Of a stretch of DNA of 64,000 bases, positions 1 to 11,276 are shown in pieces. A program made the translations under genes and the position numbers. The notes under the pieces are model-generated. The model saw only the letters and a list, made by a program, of their open reading frames with translations. It was not told the origin of the DNA and ran no database searches. The DNA comes from an uncultured candidatus Porisulfidus sp. (GTDB lineage: Bacteria > Pseudomonadota > Gammaproteobacteria > Poriferisulfidales > Oxydemutatoraceae): the NCBI GenBank assembly GCA_965215125.1, contig OZ244052.1:1-64000 (forward strand), given 5' to 3'. How positions within the stretch are numbered: position 1 is the first letter of the stretch; every line of letters begins with the position of its first letter.

Positions 1-941
1 GCACTTTCTATGATGGTATCTAAGCTCTGGTAATGCGGTTGCCATCCTAATATTTTTTTTATTTTGTTGTTACTTGCAATCAACTCGGGAGGATCGCCTA
101 CCCTACGATCGCTTTCTACAATCTTAAAATCTACTCGGCTGATACGTTTTACCGCACTTAAAATCTCCTTAACGCTATAACCGAGACCATAACCACAATT
201 GAAAAAATCGGATTTTCCGCCTTTTGATAAATAATCTAAAACCTGTAGGTGTGCCTCCGATATGTCCAATACATGGATATAATCACGCACACAAGTGCCG
301 TCTACAGTATCGTAATCGGTTCCGTACAACTTAATATGTTCTACTCGGTTTACTGCTGCCATGCATGCCACCTTGATTAAATGGGTGGCTTCTCTACTAT
401 TTTGACCTATGCGAGCCTGCAAGTCTGCCCCGGCAACATTGAAATAGCGCAAAATAGCATACTTAAATCCTGCTTGATCGGCAACATCTATAACCATCCG
501 CTCTGCCATCAACTTAGAATGACCGTACGCATTAATCGGTATCGGTTCGGCTTCTTCATCTATAGGTATATTATTAGGCATGCCATAGACAGCTGCGGTA
601 GATGAAAAGATAAAATAAGCAATTTCATAGCGTGCGCATAAATCAAGTAATTTGAGCGTTGCAACCGTATTATTCGCATAATATTTATAAGGATTTTGTA
701 CCGATTCCGGCACACTAACCGATGCCGCAAAATGCATTACCGCGTCAAAGTGATACTGCTTGAATAACGCATCCATTTGTACATCGGCAATGTCAATCCG
801 ATGAAATTTCGCTCCGATGGCCGCCTCTTCACGACTATTGGATAAATCGTCGCATACGACCGTACGGTGTTCGGATTCGGATAGCTTTAATACGACATGA
901 CTGCCGACATAACCTGTCCCGCCGGTAACTAATATATTCAT
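1..941 (-). CDS. galE: UDP-glucose 4-epimerase (runs off the window start)
   Basis: Manual translation from ATG at 941: MNILVTGGTGYVGSH (GxxGxxG NAD motif), HFAASVSVPESV, FSSTAAVYG. Not in the ORF track because the stop lies outside the window. Confidence 0.9.
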   Translation of the reverse strand, partial: MNILVTGGTGYVGSHVVLKLSESEHRTVVCDDLSNSREEAAIGAKFHRIDIADVQMDALFKQYHFDAVMHFAASVSVPESVQNPYKYYANNTVATLKLLDLCARYEIAYFIFSSTAAVYGMPNNIPIDEEAEPIPINAYGHSKLMAERMVIDVADQAGFKYAILRYFNVAGADLQARIGQNSREATHLIKVACMAAVNRVEHIKLYGTDYDTVDGTCVRDYIHVLDISEAHLQVLDYLSKGGKSDFFNCGYGLGYSVKEILSAVKRISRVDFKIVESDRRVGDPPELIASNNKIKKILGWQPHYQSLDTIIES

Positions 942-944
942 TAT

Positions 945-2054
945 TTATATGGACTCATACAGTTGTATTAAACTTCTACACATACGCTCACGGCTAAACA
1001 TATCATGGAAACGCTGCCGACCCCGCTCACTCAGACGTCTGCGCAAATCGGGTTGCCGGTGTAGAACCGATATTGCGCGGGCGAGTGCTTGAGAATCTTT
1101 AGCTTGCACATTAATACCACTGATCCGGTCGGCGTTAACCCAGTTCACACCGGATTCGGGTATTACCGTTGACACGATTGCTTTGCCGAATTTCATTGCC
1201 TCTAATTGCACGATGCCGAAGGCCTCGGAATTTGCCACCGAACTCATACAAAATAAATCGCAAGCCCGATAATAGCACGCTAAATCCGCCTCGTCTAAAT
1301 AGCCGAGCAACTTTACCCGCTCTTGCATTTGCATTTTTTTGATTAATCCCTCCAATTTATTTCTATCTTTACCTTCACCGGCTATCAAAATCACAATTTG
1401 ATCGTCCAATAAGCGGGCTGCTTTGATCAGATATTCAAAACCTTTGTAGTATATCAATCGCCCGACTGCCAATACGATAAAGCGACCGGTGTACGTATCT
1501 CTAATCGCTCGTAGCCGCTCGGTATCTACCGGTAGAGTCTCATCTCCGATACCGATAGGAATTACGCGTACTTTATCACACCATTCTATCAAATAGCGTG
1601 TTTGCTTATAGCTCGGCGTTGTAACGATAATCGCATCGGCTCGCCGCAACAACCAATGTATCAGCGGTGCGACCAACAGGCGTCCTATCCTCTGCCTAAC
1701 GATATTGCAATGCCAATGAAGGACCAATTTCACCTTCGGTCTTAGTAAAAAGAATGCCAAAGCAGACATAGGGTCGGGATGATGTAAATGTATTACATCG
1801 TAATTACCGGCGAGTCGCTTGAGGTGCCAAGGTAATAATGGTGCTAACCAAGTTGACCTAAAACACCCCAAACTTGCGCTTCTATAGATTGTTCCCGCAG
1901 AAGTAGCTTCTATCGATGAGCTAAAAGTTTTGCTGTATGACAACACATCGCAGATGATACCGACGGCATTCAAGCCCTCAAAGATATTGCGTATAACTTG
2001 TTCTACACCGCCTACCGGTAAGGGATAAAATCTACCTACCTGTAGAACTTTCAT
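945..2054 (-). CDS. Glycosyltransferase family 4 (GT-B)
   Basis: GGVE N-terminal motif, VGRLIYYKG, EAFGIVQLEAM (ExFG...EA); directly upstream of galE. Confidence 0.9.
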   Translation of the reverse strand: MKVLQVGRFYPLPVGGVEQVIRNIFEGLNAVGIICDVLSYSKTFSSSIEATSAGTIYRSASLGCFRSTWLAPLLPWHLKRLAGNYDVIHLHHPDPMSALAFFLLRPKVKLVLHWHCNIVRQRIGRLLVAPLIHWLLRRADAIIVTTPSYKQTRYLIEWCDKVRVIPIGIGDETLPVDTERLRAIRDTYTGRFIVLAVGRLIYYKGFEYLIKAARLLDDQIVILIAGEGKDRNKLEGLIKKMQMQERVKLLGYLDEADLACYYRACDLFCMSSVANSEAFGIVQLEAMKFGKAIVSTVIPESGVNWVNADRISGINVQAKDSQALARAISVLHRQPDLRRRLSERGRQRFHDMFSRERMCRSLIQLYESI

Positions 2055-2079
2055 TCTCGGTACAAATGCTCAACTTTTA

Positions 2080-2553
2080 CTAAAAAGGTATCTCGTCGTC
2101 AATCCCGGCATTTGCGGAAGGTTTTGGATCCAAGGCATCTTCCACTCCTTTATCGGGTGCATTGGGTGGTTTATTGCCATGCGAAGTTTTATCGCTGTCG
2201 TACTCCGCAGTGTTGCTTCTGCTACCCAGGATCTGCATATCGGAGACGATAATCTCCGTTGTCGTCCGCTCTTCTCCGCTTTGCGTATTCCATTTTCTAG
2301 TCTGTATCTTACCCTCTACGTAAATTTGCGAACCCTTGTGCAGATATTCATGCACGATCTCCGCCAAGCGACCGAAAAATACCAGCCTATGCCACTCGGT
2401 TCGTTCATGTCGATCGCCGCTGTCCTTGTCTTTCCAACTCTCGTTGGTTGCGAGCGTCATATTACAAATCGCAGCACCACTAGGCGCATATCTGACTTCA
2501 GGATCTTGTCCTAAATTACCTATTAAAATTGCTTTGTTTATTCCTCTAGCCAT
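2080..2553 (-). CDS. ssb: Single-stranded DNA-binding protein
   Basis: [19 protein letters not shown]-fold start and acidic DDEIPF tail. Confidence 0.97.
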   Translation of the reverse strand: MARGINKAILIGNLGQDPEVRYAPSGAAICNMTLATNESWKDKDSGDRHERTEWHRLVFFGRLAEIVHEYLHKGSQIYVEGKIQTRKWNTQSGEERTTTEIIVSDMQILGSRSNTAEYDSDKTSHGNKPPNAPDKGVEDALDPKPSANAGIDDEIPF

Positions 2554-2595
2554 TAAATATTCTCCTATATGTTGGTTAAAAATCCCAATATTGCC

Positions 2596-3771
2596 TCAAA
2601 TTTGCCTTGCGGTGTCGGCTTTCATGCCGAATGCGCATAAAAACCAGACGAACAGCATTAATGCGGACGGGATTATTATACTCGCACCCTGCCAACCTAA
2701 TAAAAACCCGCCGCTGCTTGCACCTACAAATATCCCTAAAAACTGCGCAGTAGAAAAGACTCCCATGCAACTGCCTCTAGCCGACGGATGGCATTTACGA
2801 CTCAGCAGCGCGGGTAAATTCGCTTCTAGATAGTTGAATGCGGTAAAAAATAATAACATAAAGATAAACAATGCAGCACCGCTGTTGCTCAGATACCAAC
2901 ACAACTGACTCAGCACGAGTAGAAAAATTGCGGCAAGAAAGACTTCCCTGACGCGCTTATTCCTTTCGCCCCACCCCAACGCCGGCCACATCAACGATAC
3001 CGAACCGATCAGTATAAACAGGTAAAAAATCCAATGTTCGGCACTCGCTAAATCAAGACGATCGATAATTGCCTGCGGTAAGATTACGAAGTTTGTCGCC
3101 ATCGCCGCATGGAGTGCGAATACACCGAAGTAAAGACGCAATAATTCCTTATCGCGCAACGCATCCTTGATACGATTGCTCTGCCACTGCTCGGTAATCG
3201 AAGTTTTATTTCTGCCGGGAACCTTCGGTACGCCGTATACCACGATGAGTATCGCAAGCGGAGCGAGTAAAGCCGATAACCAAAATATACCCGATAATGC
3301 GATATACGCATGTAATACCGGTGCGCTCACCAGTGCCAACGCAAAAGCCAATACGATGCCGCCTCCGATCAATGCATTGATCTTGGATCGCTGTTCTTCG
3401 CGAGTCAAGTCGGCAGCCAGTGCCATCAAAGTAGATGCAACCGCACCGGCACCTTGCAATGCGCGACCTAAAATGACTCCGTATATCGTTTCGGCAAGTG
3501 CGGCAATGAGACTCCCTATGCAAAATAATACAAACCCGGCTATAATAACCGTCTTGCGGCCCACGCGATCGGATAGCAATCCCATAGGAATTTGCAAACA
3601 CGCTTGGGTCAGACCGTAAACCCCCAAAGCGATCCCCGCCAAGGAAGATGTTGCGAACTTAAACTCATGACTGTGTAATGCAAATACCGGTACAATTAGG
3701 AATAAACCGAACATACGAAGCGCGTAAACACTACTCAAACTTAGCGCAGTACGCTGTTCAATCTTATTCAT
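2596..3771 (-). CDS. MFS transporter (YajR-like)
   Basis: Many hydrophobic helices, motif A GLLSDRVGRK; usual uvrA-MFS-ssb arrangement. Confidence 0.88.
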   Translation of the reverse strand: MNKIEQRTALSLSSVYALRMFGLFLIVPVFALHSHEFKFATSSLAGIALGVYGLTQACLQIPMGLLSDRVGRKTVIIAGFVLFCIGSLIAALAETIYGVILGRALQGAGAVASTLMALAADLTREEQRSKINALIGGGIVLAFALALVSAPVLHAYIALSGIFWLSALLAPLAILIVVYGVPKVPGRNKTSITEQWQSNRIKDALRDKELLRLYFGVFALHAAMATNFVILPQAIIDRLDLASAEHWIFYLFILIGSVSLMWPALGWGERNKRVREVFLAAIFLLVLSQLCWYLSNSGAALFIFMLLFFTAFNYLEANLPALLSRKCHPSARGSCMGVFSTAQFLGIFVGASSGGFLLGWQGASIIIPSALMLFVWFLCAFGMKADTARQI

Positions 3772-3830
3772 GTCTCGTTATTTAATTTCTTATTTGTCGT
3801 AAGTGGGTTAACCGATAACAGAGTATTATA

Positions 3831-6650
3831 ATGCCTAAGAACATAATTCACATCAAAGGTGCCCGAACACACAACTTAAAGAATATAGATATAAAAATCC
3901 CCAGAAACAAGCTCGTCGTCATCACCGGGCTTTCCGGTTCCGGTAAATCCTCGCTGGCTTTTGATACGATTTTTGCCGAAGGTCAAAGACGCTATGTGGA
4001 ATCGCTTTCCGCCTATGCAAGACAATTTCTAACGCGTATGGAAAAACCCGATGTCGATCAAATAGAAGGATTGTCTCCGGCTATTTCCATAGATCAAAAA
4101 AGTACTTCGCACAACCCGCGTTCTACGGTCGGCACGGTGACCGAAATACACGATTACTTGCGGCTACTTTATGCCCGTATCGGTACACCCTACTGCCCCG
4201 AACATCATGTACCGCTGAAGAGTGAAACCGTGAGTCAAATGGTTGATCGTATTATGAGTTTTCCCGAAGATACCGCCTTGTTGATCCTCGCCCCTATCGT
4301 ACGCGAACGCAAAGGCGAATACAGTAAATTATTCAATGATCTGAAGTTGCAAGGATTTCTAAGAGTGCGCATCAACGACACGATATACGAAATAGGTGAA
4401 CAACCCAAATTGGCATTGCATAAAAAACACACTATAGAAGTTGTGGTAGATCGGTTAAAAGTTAGGGAGAATGCACAGCAACGTATTGCCGAGTCGCTGG
4501 AGGTCGCATTATCTATGGCGAACGACCTTGCCATCGCCTTGCCGGTGAACCATCCCGAAAAACAGATGCTTTTTTCGGCAAGTTTTTCCTGTCCACATTG
4601 CGGTTATACGCTAAGCGAATTGGAACCTCGCCTATTCTCATTCAATAATCCGGTCGGGGCGTGTCCCGAATGTGATGGTTTGGGGGTCATTGAATACTTC
4701 GACGAAGACAAAATCGTCAATCCCGAACTTAGCTTGTTGGGTGGTGCGATACGCGGTTGGGATCGCCGCAACGAGCATTATGCCGATACGATCAAATCAC
4801 TCGCCAAGCATTACGGCTTTGATGCCGAACAAAAATTCGCCTCACTCAAACATTCGCTGAGACAAGTGATACTTTACGGCGACAAGAAACAAAAGATAGA
4901 GTTCTGTTATCGCAACAGTGCCGGTAAATATACCAGCCATCGTCATACTTTTAAGGGGATCATTACCGGTATGCTAGAACGCTACGAGCAGACAACTTCA
5001 GAACAAGTCAAAGAAAAACTACGGAGCTTTTTATCGCTACAAAATTGCCATGTATGTGACGGTGAAAGGCTTAATTTGGCAGCACGCCATGTGTATATCA
5101 CAAAAACACGACTACCGGAAATCTCGGCGATGACCACAGCCGAAGTATTGGAATTTATCAAGCATTTGAAACTCGGCGAGAAACAGGCCAAAATTGCCGA
5201 TAAAATCCTAGCCGAAATACGCCATCGCCTGAAATTTTTAGTCAATGTGGGGCTTGATTATTTGTCGCTTAGCCGCAGTGCCGAAACGCTATCGGGCGGA
5301 GAGGCACAACGCATACGCCTTGCCAGCCAAGTCGGTTCGCAACTCGTCGGTGTGATGTATATTTTGGATGAACCCTCTATAGGTCTACATCAACGAGACA
5401 ATAAAAGGCTACTCAATACCCTAAACGAACTACGCGATTTGGGTAATAGCATACTCGTCGTAGAACACGACAAAGATGCAATCGAGTCGGCGGATTACAT
5501 TCTGGATATAGGTCCCGGTGCCGGTGAACACGGCGGTACCGTAGTCGCTTGTGGTAAGCCCGGTCAAATAGCTAAAAACGCAAAGTCGCTCACCGGACAA
5601 TATCTCTCCGGCAAACGCGTAATTGCAATTCCCGAGCGCGTAACGATGCAACCCAAGCGTGTGCTGAAAATCAAAAAAGCACGCGGCAATAATCTAAAAA
5701 ATATCGATGTCGGTATCCCTTTGGGTCTGATGACTTGTATTACCGGTGTATCCGGTTCGGGAAAATCCACTTTGATCAACGAAACCTTATATAAGCATAT
5801 TGCCAACACGCTACACCGCAGCAATCTACATCCGGCACCGTGCAAAGAAATCGTCGGTTTAGAACAGGTTGATAAAATCATCAACATAGACCAGAGCCCC
5901 ATAGGACGCACCCCGCGTTCCAATCCGGCAACTTATACCGGCATATTTACACCGGTGCGAGAATTATTTGCAAAAACACCCGAATCCCGTACCCGAGGCT
6001 ATCAACCCGGACGCTTTAGCTTCAATGTCAAAGGAGGGCGATGCGAAGCCTGTCAAGGCGACGGTGTAGTCAAAGTAGAAATGCACTTTCTGCCCGATAT
6101 CTATGTGCGTTGCGATATATGTAAAGGATTACGCTATAACCGGGAAACATTGGATATTCGTTACAAAGAAAAGAATATCCATCAGATATTGGAAATGACC
6201 GTAGAAGAAGCAATTGTTTTTTTCCATGCCATTCCGGTGATTCGCAATAAACTACAAACCTTAATGGATGTAGGTTTGTCTTATGTCAAACTTGGTCAAA
6301 ACTCCACCACATTATCGGGCGGAGAAGCACAACGTATTAAACTATCGCGTGAACTTGCCAAGCGAAGTACAGGAAAAACCTTGTATTTATTGGATGAACC
6401 TACCACCGGATTACATTTTCACGATATAGAGCAGTTACTGAAAGTCCTCTATCGCCTACGCGACGAAGGCAATACGATTATCGTTATAGAACATAATCTG
6501 GATGTTATCAAAACTGCCGATTGGATTATAGACTTAGGTCCCGAAGGTGGCGATAAGGGTGGACAAATTATTGCAACCGGTAGCCCCGAAACGGTTGCAG
6601 CCAATCCCGATTCATGGACCGGTCGCTACCTCAAACCTTATCTATCCTAA
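3831..6650 (+). CDS. uvrA: Excinuclease ABC subunit A
   Basis: Two ABC cassettes ([16 protein letters not shown]; LSGGEAQR twice) and CxxC zinc fingers. Confidence 0.98.
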   Translation: MPKNIIHIKGARTHNLKNIDIKIPRNKLVVITGLSGSGKSSLAFDTIFAEGQRRYVESLSAYARQFLTRMEKPDVDQIEGLSPAISIDQKSTSHNPRSTVGTVTEIHDYLRLLYARIGTPYCPEHHVPLKSETVSQMVDRIMSFPEDTALLILAPIVRERKGEYSKLFNDLKLQGFLRVRINDTIYEIGEQPKLALHKKHTIEVVVDRLKVRENAQQRIAESLEVALSMANDLAIALPVNHPEKQMLFSASFSCPHCGYTLSELEPRLFSFNNPVGACPECDGLGVIEYFDEDKIVNPELSLLGGAIRGWDRRNEHYADTIKSLAKHYGFDAEQKFASLKHSLRQVILYGDKKQKIEFCYRNSAGKYTSHRHTFKGIITGMLERYEQTTSEQVKEKLRSFLSLQNCHVCDGERLNLAARHVYITKTRLPEISAMTTAEVLEFIKHLKLGEKQAKIADKILAEIRHRLKFLVNVGLDYLSLSRSAETLSGGEAQRIRLASQVGSQLVGVMYILDEPSIGLHQRDNKRLLNTLNELRDLGNSILVVEHDKDAIESADYILDIGPGAGEHGGTVVACGKPGQIAKNAKSLTGQYLSGKRVIAIPERVTMQPKRVLKIKKARGNNLKNIDVGIPLGLMTCITGVSGSGKSTLINETLYKHIANTLHRSNLHPAPCKEIVGLEQVDKIINIDQSPIGRTPRSNPATYTGIFTPVRELFAKTPESRTRGYQPGRFSFNVKGGRCEACQGDGVVKVEMHFLPDIYVRCDICKGLRYNRETLDIRYKEKNIHQILEMTVEEAIVFFHAIPVIRNKLQTLMDVGLSYVKLGQNSTTLSGGEAQRIKLSRELAKRSTGKTLYLLDEPTTGLHFHDIEQLLKVLYRLRDEGNTIIVIEHNLDVIKTADWIIDLGPEGGDKGGQIIATGSPETVAANPDSWTGRYLKPYLS

Positions 6651-7001
6651 AATATCGCTTTCAAGCATTGAAAACCGACGGGGTGGTTTTTACATTTTGC
6701 ATATAAACTTGAAATTATCGAAAAATCTTGCTTGTTTTTTCATATTCTATGATATAGTGCTGAATATTGTATAAAGCTATTTTGGGAGGATTGCAAGATC
6801 CTCCTCTTTCTTTATGCCGATACCCTTTCTTCCCGAAACTTCGTGCTGCTGAGTATCAAGCTCACAGCGTATTTGCAGAGACGATAGCATGAAAACCCAC
6901 TTTGGATGTAACCCTAAAAATCTATCAGGCTCATTACTGTTTTTTAATGCGGTAATAATGCCATAGTTTGACTCCAAAATACTCATGAGTAAAATGGAGT
7001 T

Positions 7002-8138
7002 ATGTCTATTTTACTCACAAGATATTTAGAGTGTTCGGTGCGTTCGGATTTGAAAAAAAGGATGGTTTTCTTGGGCGGTCCTCGGCAATCGGGCAAAACC
7101 ACATTGGCTCAATCTTTACTGGATAATTATAAAGACGGACACCCTGCCTATCTAAATTGGGATTTGGAACGCCACCGCCGAAAAATCAAAAATCACCAAT
7201 GGCCGGCTTCCGAAAAATTTATTATCTTTGACGAAATCCATAAATATAAAAATTGGAGGAATCTAATCAAAGGTATCTACGACACCTTGAAAAATACGCA
7301 TAGTTTTATTATTACCGGTTCGGCAAGGCTCGATCATTTCAGAAAAGGTGGAGATTCTCTATTGGGAAGATACTACTATTATAGGCTTCACCCCTTCTCT
7401 CTTCCCGAAGTCGGTATAAGCAAAGATAAGCTAAATAAACTTTTTACATACGGGAGCTTTCCTGAAGTTTTTCTGAGTGCCGACAAAAAGCATTTAAGAA
7501 AATGGCACCGAGAGAGATTAGCCAAAATCGTCAGAGATGATTTGCGTGATTTAGAGAGTGTCAAGGATATAGATAAAGTGGAACTGTTGGCGGAAGAACT
7601 TCCTAGACGAGTCGGCTCCCCGCTCTCAGTAAACTCTCTCTCGGAAGACGTTGAAGTTGACTCTAAAACAACCAAAAGATGGCTAGGTATTCTCGATGCA
7701 CTTTATTATTGCTTTCAAATTGCACCTTTGGGCTCGCCGCAAATACGCGCCGTCAAAAAAGAGCAGAAACTTTATCTATGGGATTGGAGTCAAATAGAGG
7801 ATCCGGAGATAAGATTTGAAAATATGGTAGCTTGTCAACTCTTAAAATACTGCCATTTTCATGCGGATGTGAATGGATACAAAATGGAATTGAGATATCT
7901 AAGAGATACCGATAAAAGAGAAATAGATTTCGTGGTTCTCAAGAATAAAAAGCCGTGCTTTGCCGTCGAATGTAAATTAAAAGCTACCTCAATCTCTCCG
8001 CACATCTTTTACTTTCGGCAAAGAACTCCTATCAAAACCTTTTACCAAATATCGTTGGAAGCCGACAACCGACAAATAGAGGAAAATATAAGCCTAACTT
8101 CTTTTGAAGATTTTTGCAAAAGAGAAAAGATGGTTTAA
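7002..8138 (+). CDS. AAA+ ATPase with C-terminal DUF4143-like and PD-(D/E)xK-like region
   Basis: Walker A GPRQSGKT, Walker B IIFDEIH, ITGS, KLYLWD, FENMVA, REIDFV..AVECK. Confidence 0.82.
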   Translation: MSILLTRYLECSVRSDLKKRMVFLGGPRQSGKTTLAQSLLDNYKDGHPAYLNWDLERHRRKIKNHQWPASEKFIIFDEIHKYKNWRNLIKGIYDTLKNTHSFIITGSARLDHFRKGGDSLLGRYYYYRLHPFSLPEVGISKDKLNKLFTYGSFPEVFLSADKKHLRKWHRERLAKIVRDDLRDLESVKDIDKVELLAEELPRRVGSPLSVNSLSEDVEVDSKTTKRWLGILDALYYCFQIAPLGSPQIRAVKKEQKLYLWDWSQIEDPEIRFENMVACQLLKYCHFHADVNGYKMELRYLRDTDKREIDFVVLKNKKPCFAVECKLKATSISPHIFYFRQRTPIKTFYQISLEADNRQIEENISLTSFEDFCKREKMV

Positions 8139-8349
8139 TTTCTACTGAGAAAACATTCGTAGATATATTTTGAAATCATCGAAACAATATGCAGTAGAAT
8201 TGCCACACAATGTGTTTGAAAATCTTTGTATAATAAACGACGCAGACACGCTTTGCCGATTACCGAGCATAATCAACAAATTATGAAAAAAACATGTAGC
8301 TGCATTATATATCGCCGATAAAACCTTGTTTGCAATAAGAGGACATAAA

Positions 8350-10074
8350 ATGCTTACAAAAATTACCATACGAAACTTTAAGTTATTTAAGACAGCAGAA
8401 ATACCTTTAGGTAATGGATTTCTGTTTGTCGGTCCGAACAACGGTGGTAAAACATCGGCTTTACAAGCCTTAACTTTATGGCATATAGGTCTACAGAAAT
8501 GGGCAGAAAAATATGCCTCAAAAGATCAAATTCCTGTTCAGCGTCCGGGTGTCACCATCAATAGATTAGATTTAATCCCATTACCGGTAGCAGAAGTAGA
8601 TTCTATTTGGTTCAATCGCAAAGTGCACAGAGGTTCTAAGAATATACGCATTGATTTGATAGTCGAAGGAATGAGTCAAGGAGAGGAATGGAAATGTGGG
8701 TTGGAATTCGACTATTCCAATTCGGAAGCATTTATTTGCCGTCCTTTACGAGTTGACTCCAAAGATAACCTCGCTCGTATGGAGGTGCCCTCAAAAGCAG
8801 TAGCGACAAAACTGGCCTTTTTGCCTCCGATGTCCGGTTTGGCTACCGAAGAGGCACTGATACGAGAGGGACGTATCAATGTTTTGTTGGGGCAAGGACA
8901 AACCGCAGAAGTTTTACGAAATTTATGCTACAAAGTTCATGAAGACGAAGACCGAGAAAAATGGCAGTCTTTAGTAGAACATATAAAGGATTTATTCGGT
9001 GTGCAACTTGATGTACCGGAATTCGTGCCATCTCGCGGCACCATAACCATGAGCTATACCGACAAAGACAGTAATACAAAATTGGATTTAGCCTCATCCG
9101 GTCGTGGGATGCAGCAAGTATTATTGTTATTAGCGTATCTTTACGATAGCCAAACCGATACGGTTTTCCTTCTGGACGAACCCGACGCACATTTAGAGAT
9201 TTTGCGTCAAAAGCAAATATACAACCTTATAAACGAAGTCGCAGAACAACAAAATTCCCAAATCATCTCCGCAAGTCATTCCGAGGCACTGCTACAAGAA
9301 GCAGTCCAAGGTCAATCCGCTGTCGCTTTTTTAGGTTCTCCGCACATACTAGGTCAAAATCAGCAGAAGCGTGTCATAGCATCTCTAAAAGAAATCGGCT
9401 TTGAATATTATTATGGAGCCGAACAGAAGGGTTGGATATTGTATCTTGAAGGAGAGACGGATTTGAGGATCTTGCGTGCATTCGCAAAAAAATTGCAACA
9501 TCCTTCTTTATCCCTCTTTGAGAAGCCACTAGTTAAATATGTTACCGACCTTCCACACCAAGCTCGCAGACACTTCGGTTGTTTGAAGGAGGCTAAAAAT
9601 GATTTGCAAGGATTTCTGTTACTTGATAGAAAAGCTAACACCACTCTAAACGAGATGCAAGATTTTACCGAATACATGTGGAAAAAAAATGAGATAGAAA
9701 ATTATCTTTGCAATCGTGAAGCCATCATTTCGTATATTAGCGAAGGACTTGAGAGAGGAAATCTTTTTGATAATTTTGAAATCTCACAACGCGAAGAGAA
9801 AATGAGCCAAGAAATAAGTAACCTGGAGAAAGCATGTAAAACTCTCAACGAACCAGAACCTTTTTCGGATGATATCAAGGCTTCCGATAAATTTCTTGTT
9901 CCTTTGTTTGAGAACTTTGCAAAATCTATGGAGAAGCCGATAGTAACGGTTCTGCAGAAAAAAGATTTGTATAAACTCGTAGAGTACATTCCATCCGAAA
10001 GTATAGACGGTGAAGTTACAAAAGTCTTGGACGCAATTTTAGAAGTAGCTGAAAAAAGGAAGCCTAAGTCATAA
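8350..10074 (+). CDS. ABC-type ATPase with C-terminal TOPRIM-like domain (OLD-like nuclease)
   Basis: ATG at 8350 (MLTKITIRNFKLF) preferred over TTG at 8326; GPNNGGKT, SSGRG signature, LLDEPD, SASHS; C-terminal YLEGETD, LLDR, EIENY. Confidence 0.75.
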   Translation: MLTKITIRNFKLFKTAEIPLGNGFLFVGPNNGGKTSALQALTLWHIGLQKWAEKYASKDQIPVQRPGVTINRLDLIPLPVAEVDSIWFNRKVHRGSKNIRIDLIVEGMSQGEEWKCGLEFDYSNSEAFICRPLRVDSKDNLARMEVPSKAVATKLAFLPPMSGLATEEALIREGRINVLLGQGQTAEVLRNLCYKVHEDEDREKWQSLVEHIKDLFGVQLDVPEFVPSRGTITMSYTDKDSNTKLDLASSGRGMQQVLLLLAYLYDSQTDTVFLLDEPDAHLEILRQKQIYNLINEVAEQQNSQIISASHSEALLQEAVQGQSAVAFLGSPHILGQNQQKRVIASLKEIGFEYYYGAEQKGWILYLEGETDLRILRAFAKKLQHPSLSLFEKPLVKYVTDLPHQARRHFGCLKEAKNDLQGFLLLDRKANTTLNEMQDFTEYMWKKNEIENYLCNREAIISYISEGLERGNLFDNFEISQREEKMSQEISNLEKACKTLNEPEPFSDDIKASDKFLVPLFENFAKSMEKPIVTVLQKKDLYKLVEYIPSESIDGEVTKVLDAILEVAEKRKPKS

Positions 10075-10150
10075 AAAAACATACAGAATCAGAAAGAAAA
10101 ACTACATAATGCATCGTTGATAAAACCTTATTTATATAGAGAATAGTTAT

Positions 10151-10924
10151 ATGTTGAGCGACACCAAAAAGCGATACTTGGGACACACCCATGATATGCG
10201 CGAAGTATCGGGCGCATCTATAGACGATATTGACAAGCAGAGGTTCGTACAAGAATACCTGCCTTATGCCGTATCAAGCGAAGTATTAGAAGAGAACAAG
10301 CGTAATCCGGAAGAACAAATGCAATCGTTGTGCCTACTTACACCGAAGGGTATACCTACGGTTACGGCACTTTTAATGTTAGGTGAGGACACTCGCTATT
10401 GGTTTCCCGGTGCCTATATTCAGTTTGTCCGCTATGAAGGGAACGAGGTCACAGATCCAATCAAAAATCAGGAGGAAATTAATGGTACTCTGCCTGACCA
10501 ACTGCGCCAATTAGATAGTATTTTGAAAGCAAATACATCTGTTTCACTCGATACCAGTGGAACTACTCATATTGAGTCGCCGGATTATCCCTATCAAGCA
10601 TTGCGGGAACTTGTCCGCAACGCAGTCATCCACAGAAACTACGAAAGTTATACGCCTGGGCGAGTCTACTGGTTTGCCGATAAGATTGAGATTAGTAGTC
10701 CGGGAGGTGTTTATGGCGAGGTAACCAAAGAGAATTTCGGTAAAGAAATCACGAGCTATCGCAACCCTACCATTACCGAAATGATGAAGAATATGGGTTT
10801 TATGCAAAAGTTTGGGAAAGGTCTGGTTACAGTTCGTGAATAATTGCAGAATAACGGTAATCCGCCAGCCGATTTTCGTATTGAGGAAAATTTTATCTTT
10901 GTTACAATAAAAAAAGCGTCGTAG
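10151..10924 (+). pseudogene. Degraded HATPase_c_4/RecG-C-like regulator (no N-terminal AlbA/Schlafen-like domain, internal stop)
   Basis: ALRELVRNAVIHRNY, IEISSPGG, YRNPTI, MQKFGKG. The TAA at 10841-10843 is followed in frame by LQNNGNPPADFRIEENFIFVTIKKAS to TAG at 10922-10924. Confidence 0.65.
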
Positions 10925-10942
10925 CCAGCGATAGAATGATAT

Positions 10943-11129
10943 TGTTGAAAAAGTATTGATAGCGCAAAAATCCAACCGCTTGCGCCAACAAATAATGGTT
11001 TCCATAAATTGGATGGATGAATGTATAAATCATGCAGACACGACGCAACCACCCCGTCAGGCTGCGCCTGCCACCCCTCCAAAGGAGGGGAATGTACCGT
11101 CCCTACGGTTCGTGGATACTTTTTCAACA
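10943..11129 (+). mobile_element. MITE-like element C, copy 1 (contains REP-A)
   Basis: Perfect 14-bp TIR TGTTGAAAAAGTAT (10943-10956) / ATACTTTTTCAACA (11116-11129); interior shared with copies at 22178 and 51633. Confidence 0.75.
11047..11093 (+). repeat. REP-A double-hairpin repeat ACCACCCCGTCAGGCTNCGCCTGCCACCCCTCCNNNGGAGGGGAAT
   Basis: Hairpins CAGGC/GCCTG and CCCCTCC/GGAGGGG; about ten full or partial copies across the window. Confidence 0.85.
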
Positions 11130-11142
11130 GCTCCACGACGCA

Positions 11143-11266
11143 ACCACCCTATGGAGAGGCTTTACATTTTGTATATATGCTAGGGTTCTGAATAATGTCA
11201 CGCCGATTAACCTACTGGCTTAATCGGCGGTTCTATTACGCCTGCCACCCCTCCAAAGAAAGGGAA
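11143..11266 (+). repeat. Repeat B copy 1 (REP-A head + ~90-nt hairpin insert + REP-A tail)
   Basis: ACCACCCT-ATGGAGAGGCTTTACATTTTG...GTCACGCCGATTAA-CCTACTGGC-TTAATCGGCGGTTCTATT-ACGCCTGCCACCCCTCC. Confidence 0.8.
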
Positions 11267-11276
11267 TGGACTACTC

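Noticed and set aside
3772-3830. LexA SOS box upstream of uvrA
   Set aside because: No CTGT-N8-ACAG match was found in the intergenic sequence.
10956-11223. Short ORFs containing PPRQA.PATPP.EGN or VEGWQA.PDGVV (also near 12726, 22122, 29920, 50690, 51603)
   Set aside because: These are incidental translations of repeat and MITE sequence with no independent coding evidence.
11143-11266. Integron attC site as the explanation for repeat B
   Set aside because: No RYYYAAC...GTTRRRY box pair, no cassette array and no integrase; copies flank housekeeping genes.
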